A DNA stretch of 64,000 nt, from the NCBI GenBank assembly GCA_964016885.1, contig OZ024742.1, positions 377,952,001-378,016,000 of the forward strand, read 5' to 3'. The stretch is from Eledone cirrhosa. Its lineage: Eukaryota. Below the pieces are notes generated by a model. The model did not search any database, was not told the DNA's origin, and saw nothing but the letters and a program-made list of their open reading frames with translations. The position numbers and the translations under genes are program-made. Positions 31,121-45,900 of the stretch are shown here, in pieces. Position 1 is the first letter of the stretch, and each line of letters starts with the position of its first letter.

Positions 31121-33580
31121 AACTATCTCTACAGAAGACTAGAACGTAGAACATATTTCTACTTCTGTCACTTGTTAAACTATCTCTACAGAAGACTAAA
31201 TCATATTTCTACTTCTGTCACTTGTTAAACTATCTCTACAGAAAACAAAACATAATTCTACTACTTTCACTTGTTAAACTATCTCTACAGAAGACTAGAA
31301 CATAATTCTACTTCTTTCACTTGTTAAACTATCTCTACAGAAGACTAGAACATAATTCTACTTCTGTCACTTGTTAAACTATCTCTACAGAAGACTAGAA
31401 CATAATTCTACTTCTGTCACTTGTTAAACTATCTCTACAGAAGACTAGAACGTAGAACATATTTCTACTTCTGTCACTTGTTAAACTATCTCTACATAAG
31501 ACTAAATCATATTTCTACTTCTGTCACTTGTTAAACTATCTCTACAGAAGACTAGAACATAGAACATATTTCTACTTCTGTCACTTGTTAAACTATCTCT
31601 ACAGAAGACTAAAACATATTTCTACTTCTGTCACTTGTTAAACTATCTCTACAGAAGACTAGAACATAATTCTACTTCTTTCACTTGTTAAACTATCTCT
31701 ACAGAAGACTAGAACATATCTAATTCTTTCACTTGTTAAACTATCTCTACAGAAGACTAGAACATAATTCTACTTCTGTCACTTGTTAAACTATCTCTAC
31801 AGAAGACTAGAACATAATTCTACTTCTGTCACTTGTTAAACTATCTCTACAGAAGACTAGAACTGATTTCTACATCTGTCAGTTGTTAAACTATAACTAA
31901 AGAAGACTTGAACATATTTCTACTTCTGTCACTTGTTAAACTATCTCTACAGAAGATTAGAACATAGAACATATTTCTGCTTCTGTCACTTGTTAAACTA
32001 TCTCTACAGAAGACTAGAACATAGAACATATTTCTACTTCTGTCACTTGTTAAACTATCTCTACAGAAGACTAGAACGTAGAACATCTTTCTACTTCTGT
32101 CACTTGTTAAACTATCTCTACATAAGACTAAATCATATTACTACTTCTGTCACTTGTTAAACTATCTCTACAGAAGACAAAACATAATTCTACTTCTTTC
32201 ACTTGTTAAACTATCTCTACAGAAGACTAGAACATAATTCTACTTCTTTCACTTGTTAAACTATCTCTACAGAAGACTAGAACATAATTCTACTTCTGTC
32301 ACTTGTTAAACTATCTCTACAGAAGACTAGAACATAATTCTACTTCTTTCACTTGTTAAACTATCTCTACAGAAGACTAGAACATAATTCTACTTCTGTC
32401 ACTTGTTAAACTATCTCTACAGAAGACTAGAACATATTTCTACTTCTGTCACTTGTTAAACTATCTCTATAGAAGACTAGAACATAATTCTACTTCTGTC
32501 ACTTGTTAAACTATCTCTACAGAAGACTAGAACATAATTCTACTTCTGTCACATGTTAAACTATCTCTGCAGAAGACTAGAACATATTTCTACTCCTGTC
32601 ACTCGTTAAACTATCTCTACAGAACACTAGAAAATAATTCTACTTCTTTCACATGTTAAACTATCTCTACAGAAGACTAGAACATAATTCTACTTCTTTC
32701 ACATGTTAAACCATCTCTACAGAAGACTAGAACATATTTCTACTATTGTCACTTGTTAACTTATCTCTACAGAAGACTAGAACATAATTCTACTTCTGTC
32801 ACTTGTTAAACTATCTCTACAGAAGGCTAGAACATAATTCTACTTCTTTCACATGTTAAACTATCTCTACAGAAGACTAGAACATATTTCTACTATTGTC
32901 ACATGTTACCCTATCTCTACAGAAGACTAGAACATAATTCTACTTCTGTCACATGTTAAACTATCTCTACAGAAGACTAGAACATATTTCTACTTCTGTC
33001 ACTTGTTAAACTATCTCTACAGAAGACTAGAACATAATTCTACTTCTGTCACTTGTTAAACTATCTCTACAGAAGACTAGAACATAATTCTACTTCTGTC
33101 ACTTGTTAAACTATCTCTACAGAAGACTAGAACATAATTCTACTTCTGTCACTTGTTAAACTATCTCTACAGAAGACTAGAACTAATTTCTACATCTGTC
33201 AGTTGTTAAACTATCACTAAAGAAGACTTGAACATATTTCTACTTCTGTCACTTTTTAAACTATCTCTACAGAAGACTAGAACATAGAACATATTTCTGC
33301 TTCTGTCACTTGTTAAAGTATCTCTACAGAAGACTAGAACATATTACTACTTCTGTCACTTGTTAAACTATCTCTACAGAAGACTAGAACATATTTCTAC
33401 TACTGTCCCTTGTTAAACTCTCTCTACAGAAGACTAGAACATATTTCTACTACTGTCCCTTGTTAAAATATCTCTACAGAAGACTAGAACATATTTCTAC
33501 TTCTGTCACTTGTTAAACTATCTCTACAGAATACTACGACATATTTCTACATCTGTCACTTGTTAAACTATCTCTACAGA
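28580..33580 (+). repeat. About 2445-bp tandem duplication nested on the end of the 4.4-kb unit
   Basis: Identical ORFs at 29488/31933 and CTACGAC at 31089/33534 (spacing 2445). Shared private variants are GAACTGATTT, CTATAACTAAAG, CACTTTTTAAAC and CTCTATAG. Confidence 0.85.
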
Positions 33581-36500
33581 AGACTAGAACATATTTCTTC
33601 TTCTGTTACTTGTCACACTATCTCTACAGAAGACTAGAACATAATTCTACTTCTGTCACTTGTTAACCTATCTCTACAGAAGACTAGAACATAATTCTAC
33701 TACTCTCACTTGTTAAACTACCTCTACAGAAGACAAGAACATATTTCTACTTCTTTCACTTGTTAAACTATCTCTACAGAAGACTAGAACATAGAACATA
33801 TTTCTAGTTCTGTCACTTGTTAAACTATCTCTACAGAAGACTAGAACATATTTCTACTTCTATCACTTGTTAAACTATCTCTACAGAAGACTAGAACATA
33901 ATTCTACTTCTGTCACTTGTTAAACTATCTCTACAGAAGACTAGAACATAATTCTACTTCTGTCACATGTTAAACTATCTCTGCAGAAGACTAGAACATA
34001 TTTCTACTCCTGTCACTCGTTAAACTATCTCTACAGAACACTAGAAAATAATTCTACTTCTTTCACATGTTAAACTATCTCTACAGAAGACTAGAACATA
34101 ATTCTACTTCTTTCACATGTTAAACCATCTCTACAGAAGACTAGAACATATTTCTACTATTGTCACTTGTTAACTTATCTCTACAGAAGGCTAGAACATA
34201 ATTCTACTTCTTTCACATGTTAAACTATCTCTACAGAAGACTAGAACATATTTCTACTATTGTCACATGTTACCCTATCTCTACAGAAGACTAGAACATA
34301 ATTCTACTTCTGTCACATGTTAAACTATCTCTACAGAAGACTAGAACATATTTCTACTTCTGTCACTTGTTAAACTATCTCTACAGAAGACTAGAACATA
34401 ATTCTACTTCTGTCACTTGTTAAACTATCTCTACAGAAGACTAGAACATAATGCTACTTCTTTCACTTGTTAAACTATCTCTACAGAAGACTAGAACATA
34501 GAACATATTTCTACTTCTGTCACTTGTTAAACTATCTCTACAGAAGACTAAAACATATTTCTACTTCTGTCACTTGTTAAACTATCTCTACAGAAGACTA
34601 GAACATAATTCCACTTCTGTAACTTGTTAAACTATCTCTACAGAATACTAGAACTTACTTCTACTTCTGTCACATGATAAACTATCTCTACAGAAGACTA
34701 GAACATATTTCTACTTCTGTCACTTGTTAAACTATCTCTACAGAAGACTAGAACATATTTCTACTTCTGTCACTTGTTAAACTATCTCTACAGAAGACTA
34801 GAACATAATTCTACTTCTGTCACTTGTTAAACTATCTCTACAGAAGACTAGAACATAATTCTACTTCTTTCACTTGTTAAACTATCTCTACAGAAGACTA
34901 GAACATAATTCTACTTCTTTCACTTGTTAATCTATCTCTACAGAAGACTAGAACATAATTCTACTTCTGTCACTTGTTAAACTATCTCTACAGAAGACTA
35001 GAACATAATTCTACTTCTGTCACTTGTTAAACTATCTCTACAGAAGACTAGAACTAATTTCTACATCTGTCAGTTGTTAAACTATCACTAAAGAAGACTT
35101 GAACATATTTCTACTTCTGTCACTTGTTAAACTATCTCTACAGAAGACTAGAACATAGAACATATTTCTGCTTCTGTCACTTGTTAAAGTATCTCTACAG
35201 AAGACTAGAACATATTACTACTCCTGTCACTTGTTAAACTATCTCTACAGAAGACTAGAACATATTTCTACTACTGTCCCTTGTTAAACTCTCTCTACAG
35301 AAGACTAGAACATATTTCTACTACTGTCCCTTGTTAAACTATCTCTACAGAAGACTAGAACATATTTCTACTTCTGTCACTTGTTAAACTATCTCTACAG
35401 AATACTACGACATATTTCTACATCTGTCACTTGTTAAACTATCTCTACAGAAGACTAGAACATATTTCTTCTTCTGTTACTTGTCACACTATCTCTACAG
35501 AAGACTAGAACATAATTCTACTTCTGTCACTTGTTAACCTATCTCTACAGAAGACTAGAACATGATTCTACTACTCTCACTTGTTAAACTACCTCTACAG
35601 AAGACAAGAACATATTTCTACTTCTGTCACTTGTTAAACTACCCCAACAGAAGAATAGAACACATTTCTACTTCTGTCACTTGTTAAACTATCTCTAAAG
35701 AAGACTAGAACATATTTCCACTTCTGTCACATGTTAAACTATCTCTGCAGAAGACTAGAACATAGTTCTACTCCTGTCACTCGTTAAATTATCTCTACAG
35801 AAGACTAGAAAATAATTCTACTTCTTTCACATGTTAAACTATCTCTACAGAAGACTAGAACATAATTCTACTTCTTTCACATGTTAAACCATCTCTACAG
35901 AAGACTAGAACATATTTCTACTATTGTCACTTGTTAACTTATCTCTACAGAAGACTAGAACATAATTCTACTTCTGTCACTTGTTAAACTATCTCTACAG
36001 AAGACTAGAACATAATTCTACTTCTTTCACTTGTTAAACTATCTCTACAGAAGACTAGAACATAATTCTACTTCTGTCACTTGTTAAATTATCTCTACAG
36101 AAGACTAGAAAATAATTCTACTTCTTTCACATGTTAAACTATCTCTACAGAAGACTAGAACATAATTCTACTTCTTTCACATGTTAAACCATCTCTACAG
36201 AAGACTAGAACATAATTCTACTTCTTTCACTTGTTAAACTATCTCTACAGAAGACTAGAACATAATTCTACTTCTGTCACTTGTTAAACTATCTCTGCAG
36301 AAGACTAGAACATATTTCTACTCCTGTCACTCGTTAAACTATCTCTACAGAACACTAGAAAATAATTCTACTTCTTTCACATGTTAAACTATCTCTACAG
36401 AAGACTAGAACATAATTCTACTTCTTTCACATGTTAAACCATCTCTACAGAAGACTAGAACATATTTCTACTATTGTCACTTGTTAACTTATCTCTACAG

Positions 36501-36759
36501 AAGACTAGAACATAATTCTACTTCTGTCACTTGTTAAACTATCTCTACAGAAGGCTAGAACATAATTCTCCTTCTTTCACATGTTAAACTATCTCTACAG
36601 AAGACTAGAACATATTTCTACTATTGTCACATGTTACCCTATCTCTACAGAAGACTAGAACATAATTCTACTTCTGTCACATGTTAAACTATCTCTACAG
36701 AAGACTAGAACATATTTCTACTTCTGTCACTTGTTAAACTATCTCTACAGAAGACTAGA

Positions 36760-39700
36760 ACATAATTCTACTTCTGTCACTTGTTAAACTATCTCTACAG
36801 AAGACTAGAACATAATTCTACTTCTTTCACTTGTTAAACTATCTCTACAGAAGACTAGAACATAGAACATATTTCTACTTCTGTCACTTGTTAAACTATC
36901 TCTACAGAAGACTAAAACATATTTCTACTTCTGTCACTTGTTAAACTATCTCTACAGAAGACTAGAACATAATTCTACTTCTCTCACTTGTTAAACTATC
37001 TCTACAGAAGACTAGAACATAATTCCACTTCTGTAACTTGTTAAACTATCTCTACAGAATACTAGAACTTACTTCTACTTCTGTCACATGATAAACTATC
37101 TCTACAGAAGACTAGAACATAATTCTACTTCTTCTTTCACTTGTTAAACTATCTCTACAGAAGACTAGAACATAATTCTACTTCTTTCACTTGTTAATCT
37201 ATCTCTACAGAAGACTAGAACATAATTCTACTTCTGTCACTTGTTAAACTATCTCTACAGAAGACTAGAACATAATTCTACTTCTGTCACTTGTTAAACT
37301 ATCTCTACAGAAGACTAGAACTAATTTCTACATCTGTCAGTTGTTAAACTATCACTAAAGAAGACTTGAACATATTTCTACTTCTGTCACTTGTTAAACT
37401 ATCTCTACAGAAGACTAGAACATAGAACATATTTCTGCTTCTGTCACTTGTTAAAGTATCTCTACAGAAGACTAGAACATATTTCTACTACTGTCCCTTG
37501 TTAAACTCTCTCTACAGAAGACTAGAACATATTTCTACTACTGTACCTTGTTAAACTATCTCTACAGAAGACTAGAACATATTTCTACTTCTGTCACTTG
37601 TTAAACTATCTCTACAGAATACTACGACATATTTCTACATCTGTCACTTGTTAAACTATCTCTACAGAAGACTAGAACATATTTCTTCTTCTGTTACTTG
37701 TCACACTATCTCTACAGAAGACTAGAACATAATTCTACTTCTGTCACTTGTTAACCTATCTCTACAGAAGACTAGAACATGATTCTACTACTCTCACTTG
37801 TTAAACTACCTCTACAGAAGACAAGAACATATTTCTACTTCTGTCACTTGTTAAACTACCCCAACAGAAGAATAGAACACATTTCTACTTCTGTCACTTG
37901 TTAAACTATCTCTAAAGAAGACTAGAACATATTTCCACTTCTGTCACATGTTAAACTATCTCTGCAGAAGACTAGAACATAGTTCTACTCCTGTCACTCG
38001 TTAAATTATCTCTACAGAAGACTAGAAAATAATTCTACTTCTTTCACATGTTAAACTATCTCTACAGAAGACTAGAAAATAATTCTACTTCTTTCACATG
38101 TTAAACCATCTCTACAGAAGACTAGAACATATTTCTACTATTGTCACTTGTTAACTTATCTCTACAGAAGACTAGAACATAATTCTACTTCTGTCACTTG
38201 TTAAACTATCTCTACAGAAGACTAGAACATAATTCTACTTCTGTCACTTGTTAAACTATCTCTACAGAAGACTAGAACATAGAACATATTTCTACTTCTG
38301 TCACTTGTTAAACTATCTCTACAGAAGACTAAAACATATTTCTACTTCTGTCACTTGTTAAACTATCTCTACAGAAGACTAGAACATAATTCTACTTCTT
38401 TCACTTGTTAAACTATCTCTACAGAAGACTAGAACATAATTCTACTTCTCTCACTTGTTAAACTATCTCTACAGAAGACTAGAACATAATTCCACTTCTG
38501 TAACTTGTTAAACTATCTCTACAGAATACTAGAACTTACTTCTACTTCTGTCACATGATAAACTATCTCTACAGAAGACTAGAACATATTTCTACTTCTG
38601 TCACTTGTTAAACTATCTCTACAGAAGACTAGAACATATTTCTACTTCTGTCACTTGTTAAACTATCTCTACAGAAGACTAGAACATAATTCTACTTCTG
38701 TCACTTGTTAAACTATCTCTACAGAAGACTAGAACATAATTCTACTTCTTTCACTTGTTAAACTATCTCTACAGAAGACTAGAACATAATTCTACTTCTT
38801 TCACTTGTTAATCTATCTCTACAGAAGACTAGAACATAATTCTACTTCTGTCACTTGTTAAACTATCTCTACAGAACACTAGAACATAATTCTACTTCTG
38901 TCACTTGTTAAACTATCTCTACAGAAGACTAGAACTAATTTCTACATCTGTCAGTTGTTAAACTATCACTAAAGAAGACTTGAACATATTTCTACTTCTG
39001 TCACTTGTTACACTATCTCTACAGAAGACTAGAACATAGAACATATTTCTGCTTCTGTCACTTGTTAAAGTATCTCTACAGAAGACTAGAACATATTACT
39101 ACTTCTGTCACTTGTTAAACTATCTCTACAGAAGACTAGAACATATTTCTACTACTGTCCCTTGTTAAACTCTCTCTACAGAAGACTAGAACATATTTCT
39201 ACTACTGTCCCTTGTTAAACTCTCTCTACAGAAGACTAGAACATATTTCTACTACTGTCCCTTGTTAAACTATCTCTACAGAAGACTAGAACATATTTCT
39301 ACTTCTGTCACTTGTTAAACTATCTCTACAGAATACTACGACATATTTCTACATCTGTCACTTGTTAAACTATCTCTACAGAAGACTAGAACATATTTCT
39401 ACTTCTGTCACATGTTAAACTATCTCTGCAGAAGACTAGAACATATTTCTACTCCTGTCACTCGTTAAACTATCTCTACAGAACACTAGAAAATAATTCT
39501 ACTTCTTTCACATGTTAAACTATCTCTACAGAAGACTAGAACATAATTCTACTTCTTTCACATGTTAAACCATCTCTACAGAAGACTAGAACATATTTCT
39601 ACTATTGTCACTTGTTAACTTATCTCTACAGAAGACTAGAACATAATTCTACTTCTGTCACTTGTTAAACTATCTCTACAGAATGCTAGAACATAATTCT

Positions 39701-42700
39701 ACTTCTTTCACATGTTAAACTATCTCTACAGAAGACTAGAACATATTTCTACTATTGTCACATGTTACCCTATCTCTACAGAAGACTAGAACATAATTCT
39801 ACTTCTGTCACTTGTTAACCTATCTCTACAGAAGACTAGAACATAATTCTACTACTCTCACTTGTTAAACTACCTCTACAGAAGACAAGAACATAATTCT
39901 ACTTCTGTCACTTGTTAAACTATCTCTACAGAAGACTAGAACATAATTCTACTTCTTTCACTTGTTAAACTATCTCTACAGAAGACTAGAACATAGAACA
40001 TATTTCTACTTCTGTCACTTGTTAAACTATCTCTACAGAAGACTAAAACATATTTCTACTTCTGTCACTTGTTAAACTATCTCTACAGAAGACTAGAACA
40101 TAATTCTACTTCTCTCACTTGTTAAACTATCTCTACAGAAGACTAGAACATAATTCCACTTCTGTAACTTGTTAAACTATCTCTACAGAATACTAGAACT
40201 TACTTCTACTTCTGTCACATGATAAACTATCTCTACAGAAGACTAGAACATAATTCTACTTCTTCTTTCACTTGTTAAACTATCTCTACAGAAGACTAGA
40301 ACATAATTCTACTTCTGTCACTTGTTAAACTATCTCTACAGAAGACTAGAACATAATTCTACTTCTGTCACTTGTTAAACTATCTCTACAGAAGACTAGA
40401 ACTAATTTCTACATCTGTCAGTTGTTAAACTATCACTAAAGAAGACTTGAACATATTTCTACTTCTGTCACTTGTTAAACTATCTCTACAGAAGACTAGA
40501 ACATAGAACATATTTCTGCTTCTGTCACTTGTTAAAGTATCTCTACAGAAGACTAGAACATATTTCTACTACTGTCCCTTGTTAAACTCTCTCTACAGAA
40601 GACTAGAACATATTTCTACTACTGTACCTTGTTAAACTATCTCTACAGAAGACTAGAACATATTTCTACTTCTGTCACTTGTTAAACTATCTCTACAGAA
40701 TACTACGACATATTTCTACATCTGTCACTTGTTAAACTATCTCTACAGAAGACTAGAACATATTTCTTCTTCTGTTACTTGTCACACTATCTCTACAGAA
40801 GACTAGAACATAATTCTACTTCTGTCACTTGTTAACCTATCTCTACAGAAGACTAGAACATGATTCTACTACTCTCACTTGTTAAACTACCTCTACAGAA
40901 GACAAGAACATATTTCTACTTCTGTCACTTGTTAAACTACCCCAACAGAAGAATAGAACACATTTCTACTTCTGTCACTTGTTAAACTATCTCTAAAGAA
41001 GACTAGAACATATTTCCACTTCTGTCACATGTTAAACTATCTCTGCAGAAGACTAGAACATAGTTCTACTCCTGTCACTCGTTAAATTATCTCTACAGAA
41101 GACTAGAAAATAATTCTACTTCTTTCACATGTTAAACTATCTCTACAGAAGACTAGAAAATAATTCTACTTCTTTCACATGTTAAACCATCTCTACAGAA
41201 GACTAGAACATATTTCTACTATTGTCACTTGTTAACTTATCTCTACAGAAGACTAGAACATAATTCTACTTCTGTCACTTGTTAAACTATCTCTACAGAA
41301 GACTAGAACATAATTCTACTTCTGTCACTTGTTAAACTATCTCTACAGAAGACTAGAACATAGAACATATTTCTACTTCTGTCACTTGTTAAACTATCTC
41401 TACAGAAGACTAAAACATATTTCTACTTCTGTCACTTGTTAAACTATCTCTACAGAAGACTAGAACATAATTCTACTTCTTTCACTTGTTAAACTATCTC
41501 TACAGAAGACTAGAACATAATTCTACTTCTCTCACTTGTTAAACTATCTCTACAGAAGACTAGAACATAATTCCACTTCTGTAACTTGTTAAACTATCTC
41601 TACAGAATACTAGAACTTACTTCTACTTCTGTCACATGATAAACTATCTCTACAGAAGACTAGAACATATTTCTACTTCTGTCACTTGTTAAACTATCTC
41701 TACAGAAGACTAGAACATATTTCTACTTCTGTCACTTGTTAAACTATCTCTACAGAAGACTAGAACATAATTCTACTTCTGTCACTTGTTAAACTATCTC
41801 TACAGAAGACTAGAACATAATTCTACTTCTTTCACTTGTTAAACTATCTCTACAGAAGACTAGAACATAATTCTACTTCTTTCACTTGTTAATCTATCTC
41901 TACAGAAGACTAGAACATAATTCTACTTCTGTCACTTGTTAAACTATCTCTACAGAACACTAGAACATAATTCTACTTCTGTCACTTGTTAAACTATCTC
42001 TACAGAAGACTAGAACTAATTTCTACATCTGTCAGTTGTTAAACTATCACTAAAGAAGACTTGAACATATTTCTACTTCTGTCACTTGTTACACTATCTC
42101 TACAGAAGACTAGAACATAGAACATATTTCTGCTTCTGTCACTTGTTAAAGTATCTCTACAGAAGACTAGAACATATTACTACTTCTGTCACTTGTTAAA
42201 CTATCTCTACAGAAGACTAGAACATATTTCTACTACTGTCCCTTGTTAAACTCTCTCTACAGAAGACTAGAACATATTTCTACTACTGTCCCTTGTTAAA
42301 CTCTCTCTACAGAAGACTAGAACATATTTCTACTACTGTCCCTTGTTAAACTATCTCTACAGAAGACTAGAACATATTTCTACTTCTGTCACTTGTTAAA
42401 CTATCTCTACAGAATACTACGACATATTTCTACATCTGTCACTTGTTAAACTATCTCTACAGAAGACTAGAACATATTTCTACTTCTGTCACATGTTAAA
42501 CTATCTCTGCAGAAGACTAGAACATATTTCTACTCCTGTCACTCGTTAAACTATCTCTACAGAACACTAGAAAATAATTCTACTTCTTTCACATGTTAAA
42601 CTATCTCTACAGAAGACTAGAACATAATTCTACTTCTTTCACATGTTAAACCATCTCTACAGAAGACTAGAACATATTTCTACTATTGTCACTTGTTAAC

Positions 42701-42890
42701 TTATCTCTACAGAAGACTAGAACATAATTCTACTTCTGTCACTTGTTAAACTATCTCTACAGAATGCTAGAACATAATTCTACTTCTTTCACATGTTAAA
42801 CTATCTCTACAGAAGACTAGAACATATTTCTACTATTGTCACATGTTACCCTATCTCTACAGAAGACTAGAACATAATTCTACTTCTGTC
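36760..42890 (+). repeat. 3081-bp tandem duplication, 2 copies
   Basis: CTGTACCTT at 37541/40622, GAATGCTAGA at 39681/42762, and CTACGAC at 37622/40703 and 39336/42417 (all offset 3081). A 3-bp CTT insertion monomer occurs at ~37130 and ~40260. Confidence 0.88.
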
Positions 42891-42949
42891 ACATGTTCAA
42901 CTATCTCTACAGAAGACTAGAACATATTTCTACTTCTGTCACTTGTTAA

Positions 42950-45900
42950 ACTATCTCTACAGAAGACTAGATCATAATTCTACTTCTGTCACTTGTTAAA
43001 CTATCTCTACAGAAGACTAGAACATAATTCTACTTCTTTCACTTGTTAAACTATCTCTACAGAAGACTAGAACATAGAACATATTTCTACTTCTGTCACT
43101 TGTTAAACTATCTCTACAGAAGACTAAAACATATTTCTACTTCTGTCACTTGTTAAACTATCTCTACAGAAGACTAGAACATAATTCTACTTCTCTCACT
43201 TGTTAAACTATCTCTACAGAAGACTAGAACATAATTCCACTTCTGTAACTTGTTAAACTATCTCTACAGAATACTAGAACTTACTTCTACTTCTGTCACA
43301 TGATAAACTATCTCTACAGAAGACTAGAACATATTTCTACTTCTGTCACTTGTTAAACTATCTCTACAGAAGACTAGAACATATTTCTACTTCTGTCACT
43401 TGTTAAACTATCTCTACAGAAGACTAGAACATAATTCTACTTCTGTCACTTGTTAAACTATCTCTACAGAAGACTAGAACATAATTCTACTTCTTTCACT
43501 TGTTAAACTATCTCTACAGAAGACTAGAACATAATTCTACTTCTTTCACTTGTTAATCTATCTCTACAGAAGGCTAGAACATAATTCTACTTCTGTCACT
43601 TGTTAAACTATCTCTACAGAAGACTAGAACATAATTCTACTTCTGTCACTTGTTAAACTATCTCTACAGAAGACTAGAACTAATTTCTACATCTGTCAGT
43701 TGTTAAACTATCACTAAAGAAGACTTGAACATATTTCTACTTCTGTCACTTGTTAGACTATCTCTACAGAAGACTAGAACATAGAACATATTTCTGCTTC
43801 TGTCACTTGTTAAAGTATCTCTACAGAAGACTAGAACATATTACTACTTCTGTCACTTGTTAAACTATCTCTACAGAAGACTAGAACATATTTCTACTAC
43901 TGTCCCTTGTTAAACTCTCTCTACAGAAGACTAGAACATATTTCTACTACTGTCCCTTGTTAAACTATCTCTACAGAAGACTAGAACATATTTCTACTTC
44001 TGTCACTTGTTAAACTATCTCTACAGAATACTACGACATATTTCTACATCTGTCACTTGTTAAACTATCTCTACAGAAGACTAGAACATATTTCTTCTTC
44101 TGTTACTTGTCACACTATCTCTACAGAAGACTAGAACATAATTCTACTTCTGTCACTTGTTAACCTATCTCTACAGAAGACTAGAACATGATTCTACTAC
44201 TCTCACTTGTTAAACTACCTCTACAGAAGACAAGAACATATTTCTACTTCTGTCACTTATTAAACTACCCCAACAGAAGAATAGAACACATTTCTACTTC
44301 TGTCACTTGTTAAACTATCTCTAAAGAAGACTAGAACATATTTCCACTTCTGTCACATGTTAAACTACCTCTGCAGAAGACTAGAACATAGTTCTACTCC
44401 TGTCACTCGTTAAATTATCTCTACAGAAGACTAGAAAATAATTCTACTTCTTTCACATGTTAAACTATCTCTACAGAAGACTAGAAAATAATTCTACTTC
44501 TTTCACATGTTAAACCATCTCTACAGAAGACTAGAACATATTTCTACTTCTGTCACTTGTTAAACTATCTCTACAGAAGACTAGAACATAATTCTACTTC
44601 TGTAACTTGTTAAACTATCTCTACAGAAGACTAGAACATAGAACATATTTCTACTTCTGTCACTTGTTAAACTATCTCTACAGAAGACTAAAACATATTT
44701 CTACTTCTGTCACTTGTTAAACTATCTCTACAGAAGACTAGAACATAATTCTACTTCTTTCACTTGTTAAACTATCTCTACAGAAGACTAGAACATAATT
44801 CTACTTCTCTCACTTGTTAAACTATCTCTACAGAAGACTAGAACATAATTCCACTTCTGTAACTTGTTAAACTATCTCTACAGAATACTAGAACTTACTT
44901 CTACTTCTGTCACATGATAAACTATCTCTACAGAAGACTAGAACATATTTCTACTTCTGTCACTTGTTAAACTATCTCTACAGAAGACTAGAACATATTT
45001 CTACTTCTGTCACTTGTTAAACTATCTCTACAGAAGACTAGAACATAATTCTACTTCTGTCACTTGTTAAACTATCTCTACAGAAGACTAGAACATAATT
45101 CTACTTCTTTCACTTGTTAAACTATCTCTACAGAAGACTAGAACATAATTCTACTTCTTTCACTTGTTAATCTATCTCTACAGAAGACTAGAACATAATT
45201 CTACTTCTGTCACTTGTTAAACTATCTCTACAGAAGACTAGAACATAATTCTACTTCTGTCACTTGTTAAACTATCTCTACAGAAGACTAGAACTAATTT
45301 CTACATCTGTCAGTTGTTAAACTATCACTAAAGAAGACTTGAACATATTTCTACTTCTGTCACTTGTTAAACTATCTCTACAGAAGACTAGAACATAGAA
45401 CATATTTCTGCTTCTGTCACTTGTTAAATATCTCTACAGAAGACTAGAACATATTACTACTTCTGTCACTTGTTAAACTATCTCTACAGAAGACTAGAAC
45501 ATATTTCTACTACTGTCCCTTGTTAAACTCTCTCTACAGAAGACTAGAACATATTTCTACTACTGTCCCTTGTTAAACTCTCTCTACAGAAGACTAGAAC
45601 ATATTTCTACTACTGTCCCTTGTTAAACTATCTCTACAGAAGACTAGAACATATTTCTACTTCTGTCACTTGTTAAACTATCTCTACAGAATACTACGAC
45701 ATATTTCTACATCTGTCACTTGTTAAACTATCTCTACAGAAGACTAGAACATATTTCTTCTTCTGTTACTTGTCACACTATCTCTACAGAAGACTAGAAC
45801 ATAATTCTACTTCTGTCACTTGTTAACCTATCTCTACAGAAGACTAGAACATGATTCTACTACTCTCACTTGTTAAACTACCTCTACAGAAGACAAGAAC

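Noticed and set aside
2231-32160. Repeated 66-108 aa ORFs (MLNYLYRRLEHRTY..., MTEVEIFLVFCRDS..., MFYVLVFCRDS...)
   Set aside because: They are translations of satellite monomers. Frames stay open only where 57-bp (multiple of 3) and 49-bp variants cluster. Many use TTG starts, they overlap antisense to each other, and they show no recognisable domain. They are useful only as HOR markers.
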